Assembly: GCA_964016885.1 (NCBI GenBank)
Contig: OZ024740.1
Coordinates: forward strand, 59,768,001 to 59,832,000
DNA: 64,000 bases
Reading direction: 5' to 3'
Source: Eledone cirrhosa
Lineage: Eukaryota
Positions 40,321 to 53,553 of this stretch are shown here, piece after piece. The notes beneath the pieces are model-generated. The model was given only the letters and a program-made list of their open reading frames with translations, made no database searches and was not told the DNA's origin. Both the position numbers and the translations under genes were made by a program. The first letter of the stretch is position 1. Each line of letters opens with the position of its first letter.

Positions 40321-42203
40321 TTTAACCGTTGATCTATTTAAGATTAAATAGATCAACGGTTAAATTCTCCTACTCAACAACCAAAAACATAAAACAAAAT
40401 ATAAGTGCCTATAATACATATAAATGTAAAAAAACCATGAGTATACCACCAGTACATCAAACTAACCATAATATCTCCTCAGATACAGGATTCACGAAAA
40501 GTTGTAATTGTAGAAACAAGGCAAACTGTCCATTAAAAGGAAATTGCCTTGTTAATAACATAGTATATAAATGTAAAGTTAACACTAAGGACTCAATTTA
40601 TTCATATATAGGAGCTACCTCTAACAAATTTAAGGTAAGATTTAATACCCACAAACATAGTTTTAAAAATGCCGCACTAGCTAAAACAACATCTCTAGCT
40701 GAAATAATTAATAGTTATAAAAAGAAGAATATAGATTATGACCTGACCTGGAGTGTGCTCAAAAGGGCCACCCCTTATCAAAATAGTAGATATGAATGTA
40801 GATTATGTTCCCAAGAACTTTTTGAAATAATGAAATCTAAGGATATCCTATTAAATAAGCGACAGGAATTAATAATATCGTGTAATCATAAACTGAGAAA
40901 AACCTTTAAATATTATAAACCTAATTAATATACACTTTAGAAATTAATATATAAACCATTTTTAATTTAGTTAACCTATAATTAATATTCTACTACTGAT
41001 GAACTACATAATTTTGCTTTCCTTCTTACAACTATCATTTCTTAAAACTGATACCATTAAGTAAACATATATAATGCTTTAACTTCAGGTTATGACTCTA
41101 TGTTCCTTGAAAACTATATATATTTATTATTTCTCACTAATAAATTTAATCCCCCCCCCCAATAATTATATGTATATGTAAGTGTGTGTGTGGGTGTATA
41201 TATATATGTATGTATGTATATGTGCATGTATGTATGTGTATATATGTACACATGTATATATATATATGTGTATATATATATATATATGTGTGTGTATATG
41301 TGTGTGTGTATGTGTATATGTATGTATATATATATATATCTATATATATATATAAGTATATATATATATATTATTTTTATATTCTTTTAATTTCCCCTCA
41401 TCTTTAACAGCACTTTTCAACTGCATCTAACTCTTATTTATCATATCTATATGTATTAGTATAATTTTATCAATATAAATATACCCATCAATTAAATTAA
41501 TTTATATTCTTTTCATAGATGTATTTTTTTCACTAACATCCTTATCGTAAAACTTTAGTCACCTTAGATACTTCTATTGGCATTAATATTTTATAACAGC
41601 AACTGCTTGTATACCTTTTACTGACCACCTGACCTATTTTCACCCCTAAAATAAGCTTCAATTACTACTATTTTACCATTTGGCCAATTATTAACTTTCT
41701 ATTGGTTAATTCTAAACCTCTTACCAAACAGACAGAATATATTAGATCTTTGTTGGTTTTATTCAATGAACAAATATAATTATTTCTGAGGTCAGCATAA
41801 GACCTATTTCTTCCCTAAAATAATCCTTCATTCATAATATTCTTTTCCATCCAAAACTGAAATCTACCTTCCTCTACCCATAATTTAAGGTTCTTCTACT
41901 ACTATATTACTATCTTGACCCTCACTATCTCTCTATTGGTCAATTCAAAACCTGTTCCCAAACAGACCTATTGTATTGAATCTTTGTTTTTTTTTCAATA
42001 AACAAATATCATTATTTCTGAAGACAGCATATATATGTGTAGGTATGTATATTCCCTCTGATAGTTTGTATAAATATTGTACATAGATCTATAGAATATG
42101 CATACAAACTCTAACACATATATATCCTAGAAACGATCGTAAAATGATGCATTTTTTTAATATAAGGAACTGTTTCTTTGTTTATTCATTATTTTATTAA
42201 TTA

Positions 42204-42208
<5 letters not shown>
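40321..42208 (+). mobile_element. Penelope-like element family A, 5'-truncated (GIY-YIG ORF 40329-40928)
   Basis: ORF closely matches 23873-24439; 19-bp fold-back at the 5' end (tttaaccgttgatctattt / aaatagatcaacggttaaa). Confidence 0.9.
42010..42149 (+). ncRNA. Type I hammerhead with 105-nt extended stem II
   Basis: cattattt CTGAAGA [105 nt] GAAA cgatcg TA aaatgatg. Confidence 0.75.
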
Positions 42209-42274
<66 letters not shown>

Positions 42275-42279
<5 letters not shown>

Positions 42280-44763
42280 ATATTAAATAAGTGGAAACTA
42301 TATTTATGAAACCATATTTATTTTATTATATATATTTCAAGGGTACCAAGACAACATTGGTACGCTTTCATCAGATAAAATACAAAGTTTGTTTTATAAA
42401 TAGAGACATACACATGAAAATCATACCTTGTCGGTTGGAAATTCACTGGATAGTGGAAATATATTAGGGATTATTCAAACTTATGTGTGAATATGCAAAT
42501 GAATATGTAAATAATTGAAAAACAACCGTTTATTTAAATGGCACTGGAGAAAGAGAGAGAGAAAAGATATAAGGGGATAAAGATATAAAATATTACGAGA
42601 GAGATAGAGAGAAGAAATAAACAAGAGAAGATGAATAAAACTCATATAACGTTAATTTGAGGGTAATATATTCTAAGTATATATCTTAATAGTACGTGTA
42701 TTTACGATTATTAGTTGTTTAAAATTCGTTTCTAATATAATATTTTCTGTTATAAGTAGATAAATAAATAAATAAATGAATAGATGGGTATATCATGTTA
42801 TAGATAATTGTTTTAATAAGTTATGAGGGATATTGGTTTTGTATTTGATGTAAATATTAAGTTAAATTAAATTAAATTAACTGAGTTAATAAGAATATTT
42901 ATATTTATATATTTCAAAATGGGAAGATACGAAAAAACACCGGTTTAGTTTATTTATTCGTTAGTATGAGACTATTTAGTCAAAATAAGTATAAATGTTG
43001 AAAAATATATTTAGCCAGAATCAGTTAGTGGTTATAAATCTAATAAAACATTGAAAAAATATTCAAAACTTTAGAAAAAAATTTTTTTTAATAATTTATA
43101 AGAGATAAGTAATTTTTAAAAGAGATAAAAAATTAAAGAAATAAAAAATAAAGAATTAAAAATTATTAAGATTAAAATTACAATTAAAATTAAAATTAAA
43201 ATTTAAAACAAATTAGAATTATATATGTATATATTTTATGAAACTTTAAGAAGTGAAATTATAGCAAATGTTATAGATATGATTTAGAGATATCAATATA
43301 TTAAAACCAAGTGGATAAGATTGTTATGGAAATAAGTAGAAATATTATAAGTGTAATTATAATTTATATATAGTTCTAAATGTTGAATTCAGGCGATGTC
43401 TACAAGAATTAAATAAATTCGTTCTTAGATTAATAGAGTTCTTACATTTAAGTATGAAAAAAATGTCCCCAACACACAATTTGCAGAATCTAGATAAAGC
43501 TGTGTTTTGGTACGCGGGTGCTTACGAAATTATTTACCAAGTTAATAAATAGTCCATATTCTTGCATTTTAAGTTCCATATCAGGTTTGAAAGAGAAATT
43601 GAAGATTTTTTATCAAATCTTCGGAAAGAGCATTTGTGATTATTCCAGCGACTTTTAAATTCTGTAGAAGTTGCACCTACATAGTTAAATATATTATCAC
43701 TGGTTTTGACTGTACATTTATAGACCACGTCCTTATCTAAACATTTATTTTGTAAAGGACAGTTTAATTTAATTCTACAGTTACATTTTGCGGAGTTGTT
43801 GTTATTCAGAACGGTACTATTGTGTTGGATACTGCTAGAGATATTACTGCTATTTTGGTTATTTTGGTTAGGGTTTAAATTTCTATTATTGATTCTATTT
43901 ATATTTTGTGCTATGTTCATAGTAGTAGAGTAGGATAGTTTTATAGTATGTCTGTTAAAGATTGAGTGGTATCTGTGGGCTTTAGGAAAACATTTGTCTA
44001 GTGCTTTAAAGAATAGCTTTGCTAAAGGTGTTTTAACGCTTAATGAGAATGGGGGTGAGTACCAAATAATATTTCTAGTTCTATTTCTTCTGTTAGTTTT
44101 AGAGTATAAGTTTGATTGTTTATTATAATTATAATTAATAGTAGGGTTATTTGCCTTATTACTGTTGTCGATGTATTTAATCTTATTTATATAGCCTGTT
44201 CTATTTAAAGCTTCATTATAACATTCTGCCTTATCGTCAAACATGTTTTTTTATTAGCGGAGATGCGTGAAATACGTTGTTGGATAGAATTGACAATAGT
44301 GTTCTTGATAGATCTAGGATGATTAGAGTTAAAACTTACATAGTTTAGATTCTCATTAATTTTATGGAATGGATAGTAGAGCCCTGTGTTAAGGTTTAAT
44401 GTTACGCCTAAAAAGTTAACAATTTTATAGTTATTCTCTATTTCTAACTTAAGGTTGTAGCTATTGAAGATATTATGGATTTTCTTTTTCTATTAATTTC
44501 ACAATTACTATGATTTTCAATTAAAAGCAGCATATCATCACGATATAAACCACGGGTCATCTCTGGTATTTTTCTATGCAGTGTATTATTAATAAATAGC
44601 CCCCACAAGATCCGTTATTTGCGCCGAGTCTGATGATCCCATGGTGATATCAAAATTATTTTTTCTATCGGCTCTAGTCCAGAGATGATTGTTGAATTCA
44701 ATTAAAGTTTTCCGTGCGGTTAAAATGATATGCATTTCTTCGCTATTTATTTTTTTTTTATGT

Positions 44764-44806
<43 letters not shown>

Positions 44807-44920
44807 TCTACTTATAACAGAAAATATTATATTAGAAACGAATTTTAAACAACTAATAATCGTAAATGCACGTACTATTAAGATATATACTTAGAATATA
44901 TTTCCTCAAAATTAACCGTA
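42275..44920 (-). mobile_element. Penelope-like element family B, 5'-truncated, with inverted piece at about 44780-44920
   Basis: RT motifs near 44520-44660 (FDITMGSSDSAQITDL, GLYRDD); GIY-YIG ORF 43534-44244. Confidence 0.9.
42319..42382 (-). ncRNA. Type I hammerhead ribozyme
   Basis: Reverse complement of 40116-40179 with stem II base aag/ctt. Confidence 0.85.
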
Positions 44921-45133
44921 TATGAGTTTGGTAGGGTTGCCGGTTCAGTCACCGACAACCCGACCATACACAGGTTGTACTGCGTTACATGTTACCAGTA
45001 GCGCTGAAGAGCGACCTGACATACATACATACATATATACACACACACATACATACATACATACATACATACATACATACATACATACACACATACATAC
45101 ATACATACATACATACATACATACATACATACA

Positions 45134-45164
<31 letters not shown>

Positions 45165-45924
45165 GTGAAGGTATGTGGCTTAGTGATAAGGATTTTCGGC
45201 TCACTATCGTAAGGTCACGAGTTCCATTTCTGGCGGCGCATTGTCTTTGGGCCAGATTTGAATTATTGCAACAACTGTTAAATGTCCAGAGCTTCTGAAG
45301 TGAGAATGTTTTGCTTCTTGGACACTTGTCCCTAAATCCAGCCCGGATCCCAACGACGCTCTCGGTGGCTTCAACGGAAGCAGTAGTAGAAGAGATAAGC
45401 ACTGAACATCGCTATCTGTCGCAGTTTGCATTTGGAGCTCATTTTCCAGAAAATAAACTGAAGAGTTTAAGATATCACATGGGTTTTGAGCAAAGGCGTA
45501 ACTAGGGAAATAGCACCTATATCAAGCAGTGAAATTGCACCCCTCGGATTCCATATTTTACATTATTTGATATTTATTCTCATCCACAAGGAGAACATTA
45601 GTGTATAGAATAAAATGCATTTTTCAAATCTACAAATTACTTGCAATAGATTAGAAATGAATACCTATACAATATCGTAACCGCTGAGTATTTCACCTCT
45701 GCACATATTTACATTTATTGACTGTCATATTTAATATGTATGAATGGTATAGTTATACTTTTATATGAAGTTTATAGAGGCTGTATCAGCAGAATTATTA
45801 GTACAGGTGTTGTGTCATATATTGATTGTTGCTTATAAGTTACATATATATAGCTTGTATTTGATTTTAATAATTATATCTTTATACATAATGTATTAGT
45901 TGTTAATAGTATTATTGTTTTATG

Positions 45925-46085
45925 TGGTGGATTGGTAGAGTTGTTAGACCGTCGGACAAATACAGTGTTTAATCTATTTGAGCTATTTACGTTCTGAGTT
46001 CAAATCCCGCTGAAGTCAGATTCACCTTTCAGCCTTTCGGAGTCGATAAACTATATAAACTTCTTGGCCTTATGCCAAGATTTGA
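45925..46085 (+). mobile_element. tRNA-derived SINE (degenerate)
   Basis: Family core. Confidence 0.6.
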
Positions 46086-46193
46086 AATCCCCACTTTTGT
46101 TTGGTTCTATGTCAGATCTGATCGAGTGAATGACGATCAAAAGGCATTCCAACCGTGGCTGTCACGTCGTTTTGTTGTTCTTTAGATTCATTG

Positions 46194-47142
46194 TACAGGG
46201 TTTTCCGAAAGTCTTGTCACCCCCTACCAAAAGGTAATGCGAAACAGTTTAGGTTCCCATCGCAGTATCGTCCTCTTCGGATGAGCTGGTTTGCAGAATC
46301 TTGCAGTAAAATCATGTCGCACATCCTCCATACTCTTGCCTGAATGCACACGGCCATGTGTCCATACACTTGCAAGCAGCCTCTCTTCCAAACTGTAGGA
46401 GCTCTGAAACAGAAAATGATATTATTATTATTATAAATGTTTAAAAAATGTTCGCTCTACATGGCTGAATACAATAAATGTAATCTGAGTTTTTCGAATA
46501 TTAATAATAATATTCGATTCGTTTGCAATTATGCAAACAAGCCTCATTTTTAAAGCCATGTCAGTAGAATGAGCCCCTCCTTCTTGCTCTTCTGTTGGCA
46601 TGTCAACAGAACGGTAGACACTAATGTTTCTGGGTATTACCCTTCATCAGTACAGCTCACTGTTCACCTGCCAACTGTCAGAGCTAGTGAAAATATATAT
46701 TTTCTATGTTCTGATCGACCTGATTTGCATATTAGCAGACTGGCTGATCAGTCAGATCTGCATATTAGCACTGATCAGCCAGATTTGCATATCAGCAGAC
46801 TGGCCAGTCAGTGACATGCTTTAAAATTGAGGCAGGTGAACAGTGAGCTGTACTGATGAAGGGGGATTCCCAGAAACATTAGTGTCTGCAGTTCTGTTTA
46901 CATGCCAACACAAGAACAAGAATGAGAGACTCATTCTATTGTCATGGCTTTTAAAATGAGGCTTGTTTGCATAATTGCAAACGAATCGAATGTTATTATT
47001 AATATTCGAAAAACTCAAATTACATTTATTATTATTATATATTTTAATTAATGACATTATATATTATATTATTAAAACAAAAAATAATGAAAGTTAAAAC
47101 AATATGTGACAAGGGGTAACAAGACTTTCGGACCACCCTGTA
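46194..47142. mobile_element. Tc1/mariner-ended element with internal fold-back arms
   Basis: tacagggttttccgaaagtcttgtcacccc / ggggtaacaagactttcggaccaccctgta; inner inverted arms about 46470-46672 and 46830-47030; partial second copy at 48930-49480. Confidence 0.75.
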
Positions 47143-47513
47143 TGATGTACAATATTATCAAATGTGTCTTTCTTAAGAATGGAATTTGGCTTCTATTTCT
47201 TTCATGCCTAGTTAATAGGTAGATACTTCCTCATTAGATAAAGTAAATTAGAAATATCGTATTTGAATGATCGATCATTAGAGTTGGAACTAATCTCATT
47301 AAATAATTGATTGATTGTTAATTTTTAAAAATATAGATTCATGATTCATATCTATTAACATTCCCAATAACAGTTATCTGAAACCACTGCCCTGTCTTGA
47401 TTGAGACCGTAAATATCCTAGATTCTATTCTTATTTATCTTTAATAATATATATTTTTTAATTCAAGTGAAAAACCAGAGATGATACTTCAAATAATTTT
47501 ATTAACTTTTACG

Positions 47514-47684
47514 TACCGTATTTCCCGGCGCCGAAGACGCTTCGTCCTCGAGGACGCACCCTAATTTTGACAAGCCAAAATTTGAAAAAAAATAATAAAC
47601 AACCTTCGACCTCCAGGACGCTTGGTAGATTTTTTAGACTTATTTCAGGAAAAAAGTAGCGGCTTTGACGTCGGGAAATATGGT
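47514..47684. mobile_element. pogo/Tigger-type MITE
   Basis: taccgtatttcccggcg / cgtcgggaaatatggta. Confidence 0.7.
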
Positions 47685-47976
47685 AAGTTTCAATCTTAAC
47701 GCAATCAAGTAACATTAAAATATCCTCAGAAAATCACTATAAGACCTAGAGAATGCAAGCCCCCCCCCCCCCCCCCCCACACACACACACAAACAAAAAC
47801 ACACTAAGTCATGGTCAATAAATTATAGAAACGAATATACAAGGCAGTTGATTACATCAGCAAAATAAAGCATTAGTCTTTATATATATATATATATATA
47901 TATATAAACAAGGTTTAGCAAATAATGAAAAAGTTTCAAAATAAATTTTAAAAAATTGACTTTACCTACTATAGTT

Positions 47977-48060
47977 ACCTTTACCGATCGGTTTCGAATC
48001 CCAAAAATAAAACGGAGACCATACGGCCTTCGTTGCAAAGAAAGATTCTCGTCAGAAGGT
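47977..48060 (-). ncRNA. Type I hammerhead ribozyme
   Basis: Same motif as 28099-28182. Confidence 0.85.
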
Positions 48061-48459
48061 TCTTTTCATTCAAAGAATATAAAATTCCTGAATTTAAATC
48101 ACAAACTAGCGCTATCAAAACTGTTCCTGGGATGAGAGTGGATGATGTAGAAACAGGTTTATCAAGGGCCGAAGCAAAGATAGAGGCAAAAGGAGGTAGG
48201 TCAAACTAGCCACAGCTATTGCTAGCAGCAGTCAGAACGACCAAATTTGTTCTCAACGTTAGTGGAGGTAGTAGTAATAGGAAATACGTTCCTTCACGCA
48301 CAAGGCGCCAAGGTACGCATGTATTGTCCAACCAAATGCCAGTGTGGTTCAATGGCGGGTTAATAAATTAACGAGCCAGAACAAATATAAACAAGGTTTA
48401 GCAAATAATGAAAAAGTTTCAAAATAAATTTTAAAAAATTGACTTTACCTACTATAGTT

Positions 48460-48543
48460 ACCTTTACCGATCGGTTTCGAATCCCAAAAATAAAACGGAG
48501 ACCATACGGCCTTCGTTGCAAAGAAAGATTCTCGTCAGAAGGT
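48460..48543 (-). ncRNA. Type I hammerhead ribozyme
   Basis: Same motif, 483 bp away. Confidence 0.85.
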
Positions 48544-48864
48544 TCTTTTCATTCAAAGAATATAAAATTGCTGAATTTAAATCACAAACTAGCGCTATCA
48601 AAACTGTTCCTGGGATGAGAGTGGATGATGTAGAAACAGGTTTATCAAGGGCCGAAGCAAAGGATTCGAAACCGATCGGTAAAGGTAACTATAGTAGGTA
48701 AAGTCAATTTTTTAAAATTTATTTTGAAACTTTTTCATTATTTGCTAAACCTTGTTTATATTTGTTCTGGCTCGTTAATTTATTAACCCGCCATTGAACC
48801 ACACTGGCATTTGGTTGGACAATACATGCGTACCTTGGCGCCTTGTGCGTGAAGGAACGTATTT

Positions 48865-48931
<67 letters not shown>

Positions 48932-49655
48932 TTGCTCTACATGGCTGAATACAATAAATGTAATCTGAGTTTTTCGAATATTAATAATAATATTCGATTC
49001 CTTTGCAATTATGCAAACAAGCCTCATTTTTAAAGCCATGTCAGTAGAATGAGCCCCTCGTTCTTCCTCTTGTATTGGCATATAAACAGAACTGCAGACA
49101 CTAATGTTTCTGGGTATCACCCTTCGTCAGTACAGCTCACTGTTCACCTGCCAACTGTCAGAGCTAGTGAAAATATATGATATTTTCTAAAAGTGACTGA
49201 CTGGCCTGATTTGCATATTAGCAGACAAGCTGATCAGTCAGGTCTGCATATTAGCAGATCCACTGATCAGCCAGATTTGCATATCAGCAGACTGGCCAGT
49301 CAGATTCCTGTATACGAGCGATAAATTGCCGGCTTTGCCATATTAAAAAAAAAATTACATGTCAACACAAGAGCAAGAACCAGGGGCTCATTCTACTGAC
49401 ATGGCTTTAAAAATGAGGCTTGTTTGCATAATTGCAAACGAATCGAATATTATTATTAATATTTGAAAAACTCAGATTACACACACATACACACACACAT
49501 ATATATATATATATGGATTGAGGGAGGCGAGGCTGTGTGATTACTGATAATGAGTGGTAGAAGGTAAAGCAACATAAACAAGAGATGGACAGTTTCCCTT
49601 CGTCAGCTGTTTACTACGGATCACGGATGTTTCGGCGCATTATATATATATATAC

Positions 49656-49705
<50 letters not shown>

Positions 49706-49866
49706 GAAAACATCCCGTTCTTAGAAGACGGCGGTGGAATTTGAAAATGGAATTAGTAACAACAAAAAATGCGGCGAAATTTACAAATTCAATTCAATTC
49801 TCTCTCTCTATATATATATATGTATGTATGTATATATATGTGTGTGCGTGCATGCGTGTGTCTGTG

Positions 49867-49949
49867 TACAGGGTGACCCCCAAAAATGTATACACACTTT
49901 GATTAGAATGTTGTTGAAGCGTGTATACATTTTTGGGGGACACCTTGTA
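49867..49949. mobile_element. Short Tc1/mariner MITE
   Basis: tacagggtgacccccaaaaatgtatacac / gtgtatacatttttgggggacaccttgta. Confidence 0.7.
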
Positions 49950-50086
49950 TACATACATATATATATATATATATATACAATCTCATCTCATTTCTAGGTT
50001 ATTACAACGATAAAGGATTCCTTTCCATGTGCACCAATGGCGTGAACAATCCATCGAAATATGAGTTAATAAAGAAGCCTTTAGGT

Positions 50087-50377
50087 CAGTCATGGGCAAC
50101 CTGCAGCCCGCAAAGCTTTCTGAATGGCTCGCCTAAGTCACCTAAGTGAAATCTTTCTAATTTTTTTACCCCAACTTTTCAGTCATAATTTATCTTTCTA
50201 TCATTTTTACGATTGAGGAAAACAACGTGTACGAATTCTGAAGAAACAAATCAAAATAACATAAGTTACCACCCTTCTTTTTAATGTGGGCACGAATATA
50301 AATTAGCGTTTGCGGCCCGCCTGATGATGAGCAATATCGAATGCGGCCCGCTTCTCGAAAAAGGTTGCCCATGCCTG
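50087..50377. mobile_element. hAT (Charlie-like) MITE
   Basis: cagtcatgggcaacct / aggttgcccatgcctg TIRs; perfect 8-bp TSD ctttaggt. Confidence 0.9.
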
Positions 50378-50404
50378 CTTTAGGTGATCGTTTAACCTGT
50401 TAGA

Positions 50405-50590
50405 AATAATTGTTTCTACTTTTGACACAAGGCCAGCAATTATCCCAGTATACTATTGGTATTTTATTTTATCGACCCGTAAGGATGAAAGGCAAAGTTA
50501 ACCTCGGCGGTATTTTGAACTCAGACCATAAAGGGCCGTAACTCTTTGCTGCAAAGCATGGCGTCCGACCCTCTACCGATACTGCCAATA
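50405..50590 (-). mobile_element. tRNA-derived SINE
   Basis: Family core on minus strand. Confidence 0.8.
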
Positions 50591-51339
50591 GCAGCCAAAT
50601 CTTCTTCAAAAATAGAACACGTTAGAAGCTGGTGGTAGTCTACGTCGGCAGAACTTATTATAGACTGAAGATTCGTGAGTTTCGATAAGTTTTGGTATGC
50701 TGTGGGGAGAAGATGAATCTGACGTTTCGTGACTGTCTCATTGTCTGAGAGAGAGAAAGAAAAATAATGTTTTTTTTCTCTCTCAGAGGAAGGGTCAGTC
50801 ACGAAGTTGTCAGATTTCTTTTCTCCCCACGGACATACGACTGATCTAAACTCATGAACATTAGATAATAGTCTGACACATGCAATACTTATTTACAAGA
50901 AAAAGAAAACTGACGAGATGGTCACGACTGGAATATTTTTTATCATAGACTCCCTGAATCAGGGCCAACCTAAAGCTAAACATCATCAGCAACAACAACA
51001 ACGTCTATTTCATTAAAGCAAACATCTGCAGAGTATCCACCATCTTATCCATTTTTACATTATGATAAATGTAAAAGTTTTGTGCCATTTGCACTGATGG
51101 AAGGTATGTCAGTATTGAAAACATCTCTAGAGAATCTTTTTAACTTTTGGACATCTTGATATATTTTATAATAGAAAAAATAACAACAAGCTTTGCCACA
51201 TTTGGTGGGGTTGGACTTGTGTGGGATGGATTTCTTTTCAATATTGCCCACGTAGAAAGTAACTAATGTCAGGTTAAGTGGAATAAAAACTGACAAAAAA
51301 AAATACAAACTAAATACACACACACACACATATATATAA

Positions 51340-51411
<72 letters not shown>

Positions 51412-51539
51412 AATTTTGTTTGGAACACGGCGAGCGAAATTTTAGAATTGAAATAAAAATAGAAGCCTCGCCGTAAATACAGTCTACAAAATATAGTCTA
51501 ATAATGGGAAAAAGATGGCTGTCAGTGGGTTTATACGTT

Positions 51540-51750
51540 CCATATCGGTAGAGGGTCGGACACCATGCTTCGCAGCATAGAGTTACGGCCCTTTATGATC
51601 TGAGTTCAAATCCCGCCGAGGTTAACTTTGCCTTTCATCCTTACGGGGTTGATAAAATAAAGTACCAGTCACGAGTCACGCACTGGGGTCGATTTAATCG
51701 ACTTTCCCCTCCCCTAAAATTGCTGACCTTGTGCCTATATAAAAAACCAT
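51540..51750 (+). mobile_element. tRNA-derived SINE
   Basis: Family core. Confidence 0.8.
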
Positions 51751-51777
51751 TATTATATAGTCAAGGTTACAGTGACG

Positions 51778-52590
51778 CTTCTTCTTCTTCTTCTTCTTCT
51801 TCTTCTTCTTCTTCTTCTTCTTCTTCTTCTTCTTCCATTCCAGTTATTCCTGAGAGGGTTGTGAGGGTATAGCCCTCAAATACTCCTTCCAGCTGTCTCC
51901 AATTGATCCGAGTGGGTCCCTCCCCATGCGAGACCAGCCAAGCTCATGGATGTTATCCAACCATCGTACTCGGGGTCTATCCATGGACCTCCTGCCTGCT
52001 GGTTTTGCCCGTAAAATCTGTCCATGGATTCTTTCTCGAGACGTTCTAACCACATGCCCATAGTATCGGAACTGTAATCTCTCAAATTCGGAGAAGTAGC
52101 GGCTCTTCCTGGAGCGACTCTCTAATCTTCAAGCTATGCACTCTATCGAGTAACGTTACTCCAGAGACGCTTCGGAGGAATCTCATTTTGGCCGCTTGTA
52201 CTCGCGATCGTATTCTTTCAGTCATTACCCAAGATTCATGACCATAGGTAAGGGTTGGCACGAATAGTGAATTGAAGATAGCGAATGCTGAAGCTGGCGC
52301 ATTATTGCCCCAGCTCGTGCAATTCTTACACTTAATTCGGCCTTCTGCCTTCTATCACTCGTGAACACGGTTCCGAGATACTTGAACGTCTCCAACTGCT
52401 TCAGTGGAACTTTATTCACATATAGAGTGCACTGCGCAGGTTTCCTCGAGAGGACGAGTGTCTCAGTTTTCGCAGAACTGATTTTCATTCCAGCCATGCA
52501 GCACTTGGCATTAAAACTTATGAAGTGCAAGTCGGTGATCATATTCTGTCGAGTTTATTAACGCCATGTCGTCTGCAAACGTCACCTGCG
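51778..52590 (-). mobile_element. RTE-clade LINE 3' fragment with (GAA)n tail
   Basis: FADD, FKYLG, RPRVRWLDNI motifs; related + strand piece at 54770-54962. Confidence 0.85.
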
Positions 52591-52673
52591 CATGTTAATC
52601 CTGTCCTTCCATATACTGTACCCATTGTGTTGTTATTTGTTTACCTTTTACACACACACGCGCGCGCGCACAG

Positions 52674-52742
<69 letters not shown>

Positions 52743-52950
52743 ATGGAAAAGAATGAAACGAAATTTGATACGGCTGATACCTAAATAAAAGTATGTATAT
52801 ATATACATACATGCACACATATATATATGTACGTATGGGTTTACCGAACATTTATTATAATGTTCGGTTTATTTGTAAACAAACAGCCCGAATTACGCCA
52901 TACAGTGCTCGGAAACCATGGTCGCCCTTTTGTTCAACACTAACACAGGA

Positions 52951-52993
52951 ACGATGTACAAGTTTCAAGCTTATTAGCTATCGTCAGCATCGT
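52951..52993 (-). ncRNA. Minimal type I hammerhead ribozyme (family D)
   Basis: acgatg CTGACGA t-agct-aata-agct-t GAAA cttg TA catcgt; stem I covaries with the 14412 copy. Confidence 0.85.
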
Positions 52994-53276
52994 ATACCAT
53001 TCTTTTCCATTTATCGTTTTCGGTATACCCGGCGGACTAACTCACTCGATATGCAAATTAGGCTGCTCAGCCGATAATATGCATAAGGAAAGTATATACT
53101 TTCAGACGTTCAATCATCTGACAGAAAGGTATACAATGTGTGTACGTATACATACTTATATATATATATTATATATAAGTATGTATACGTACACACATCG
53201 TATACCTTTCTGTCAGATGACATATATATATATATATATATGTATGTGTATCTATATATATATATGTATGTGTATC

Positions 53277-53352
<76 letters not shown>

Positions 53353-53466
53353 TAACAGATTAAATTTTAAGCAAAGAATCGCTGCTTTCACCTTTAACGG
53401 GATCTTCTGAAACTAAAAATATCAATCGAGCCCTCTTTGAATTTTAGTCTTCAAATTTATTATTAT

Positions 53467-53553
<87 letters not shown>

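Larger units (their letters stand above)
47903..48867 (-). mobile_element. Second insertion of the 483-bp hammerhead unit (about 1.57 copies on minus) plus inverted piece 48662-48867
   Basis: Same 483-bp period; flanked by (TA)n. Confidence 0.85.

Noticed and set aside
50320-50360. ctgatga followed by gaaa inside the hAT MITE
   Set aside because: No stems I/III can be formed; chance match
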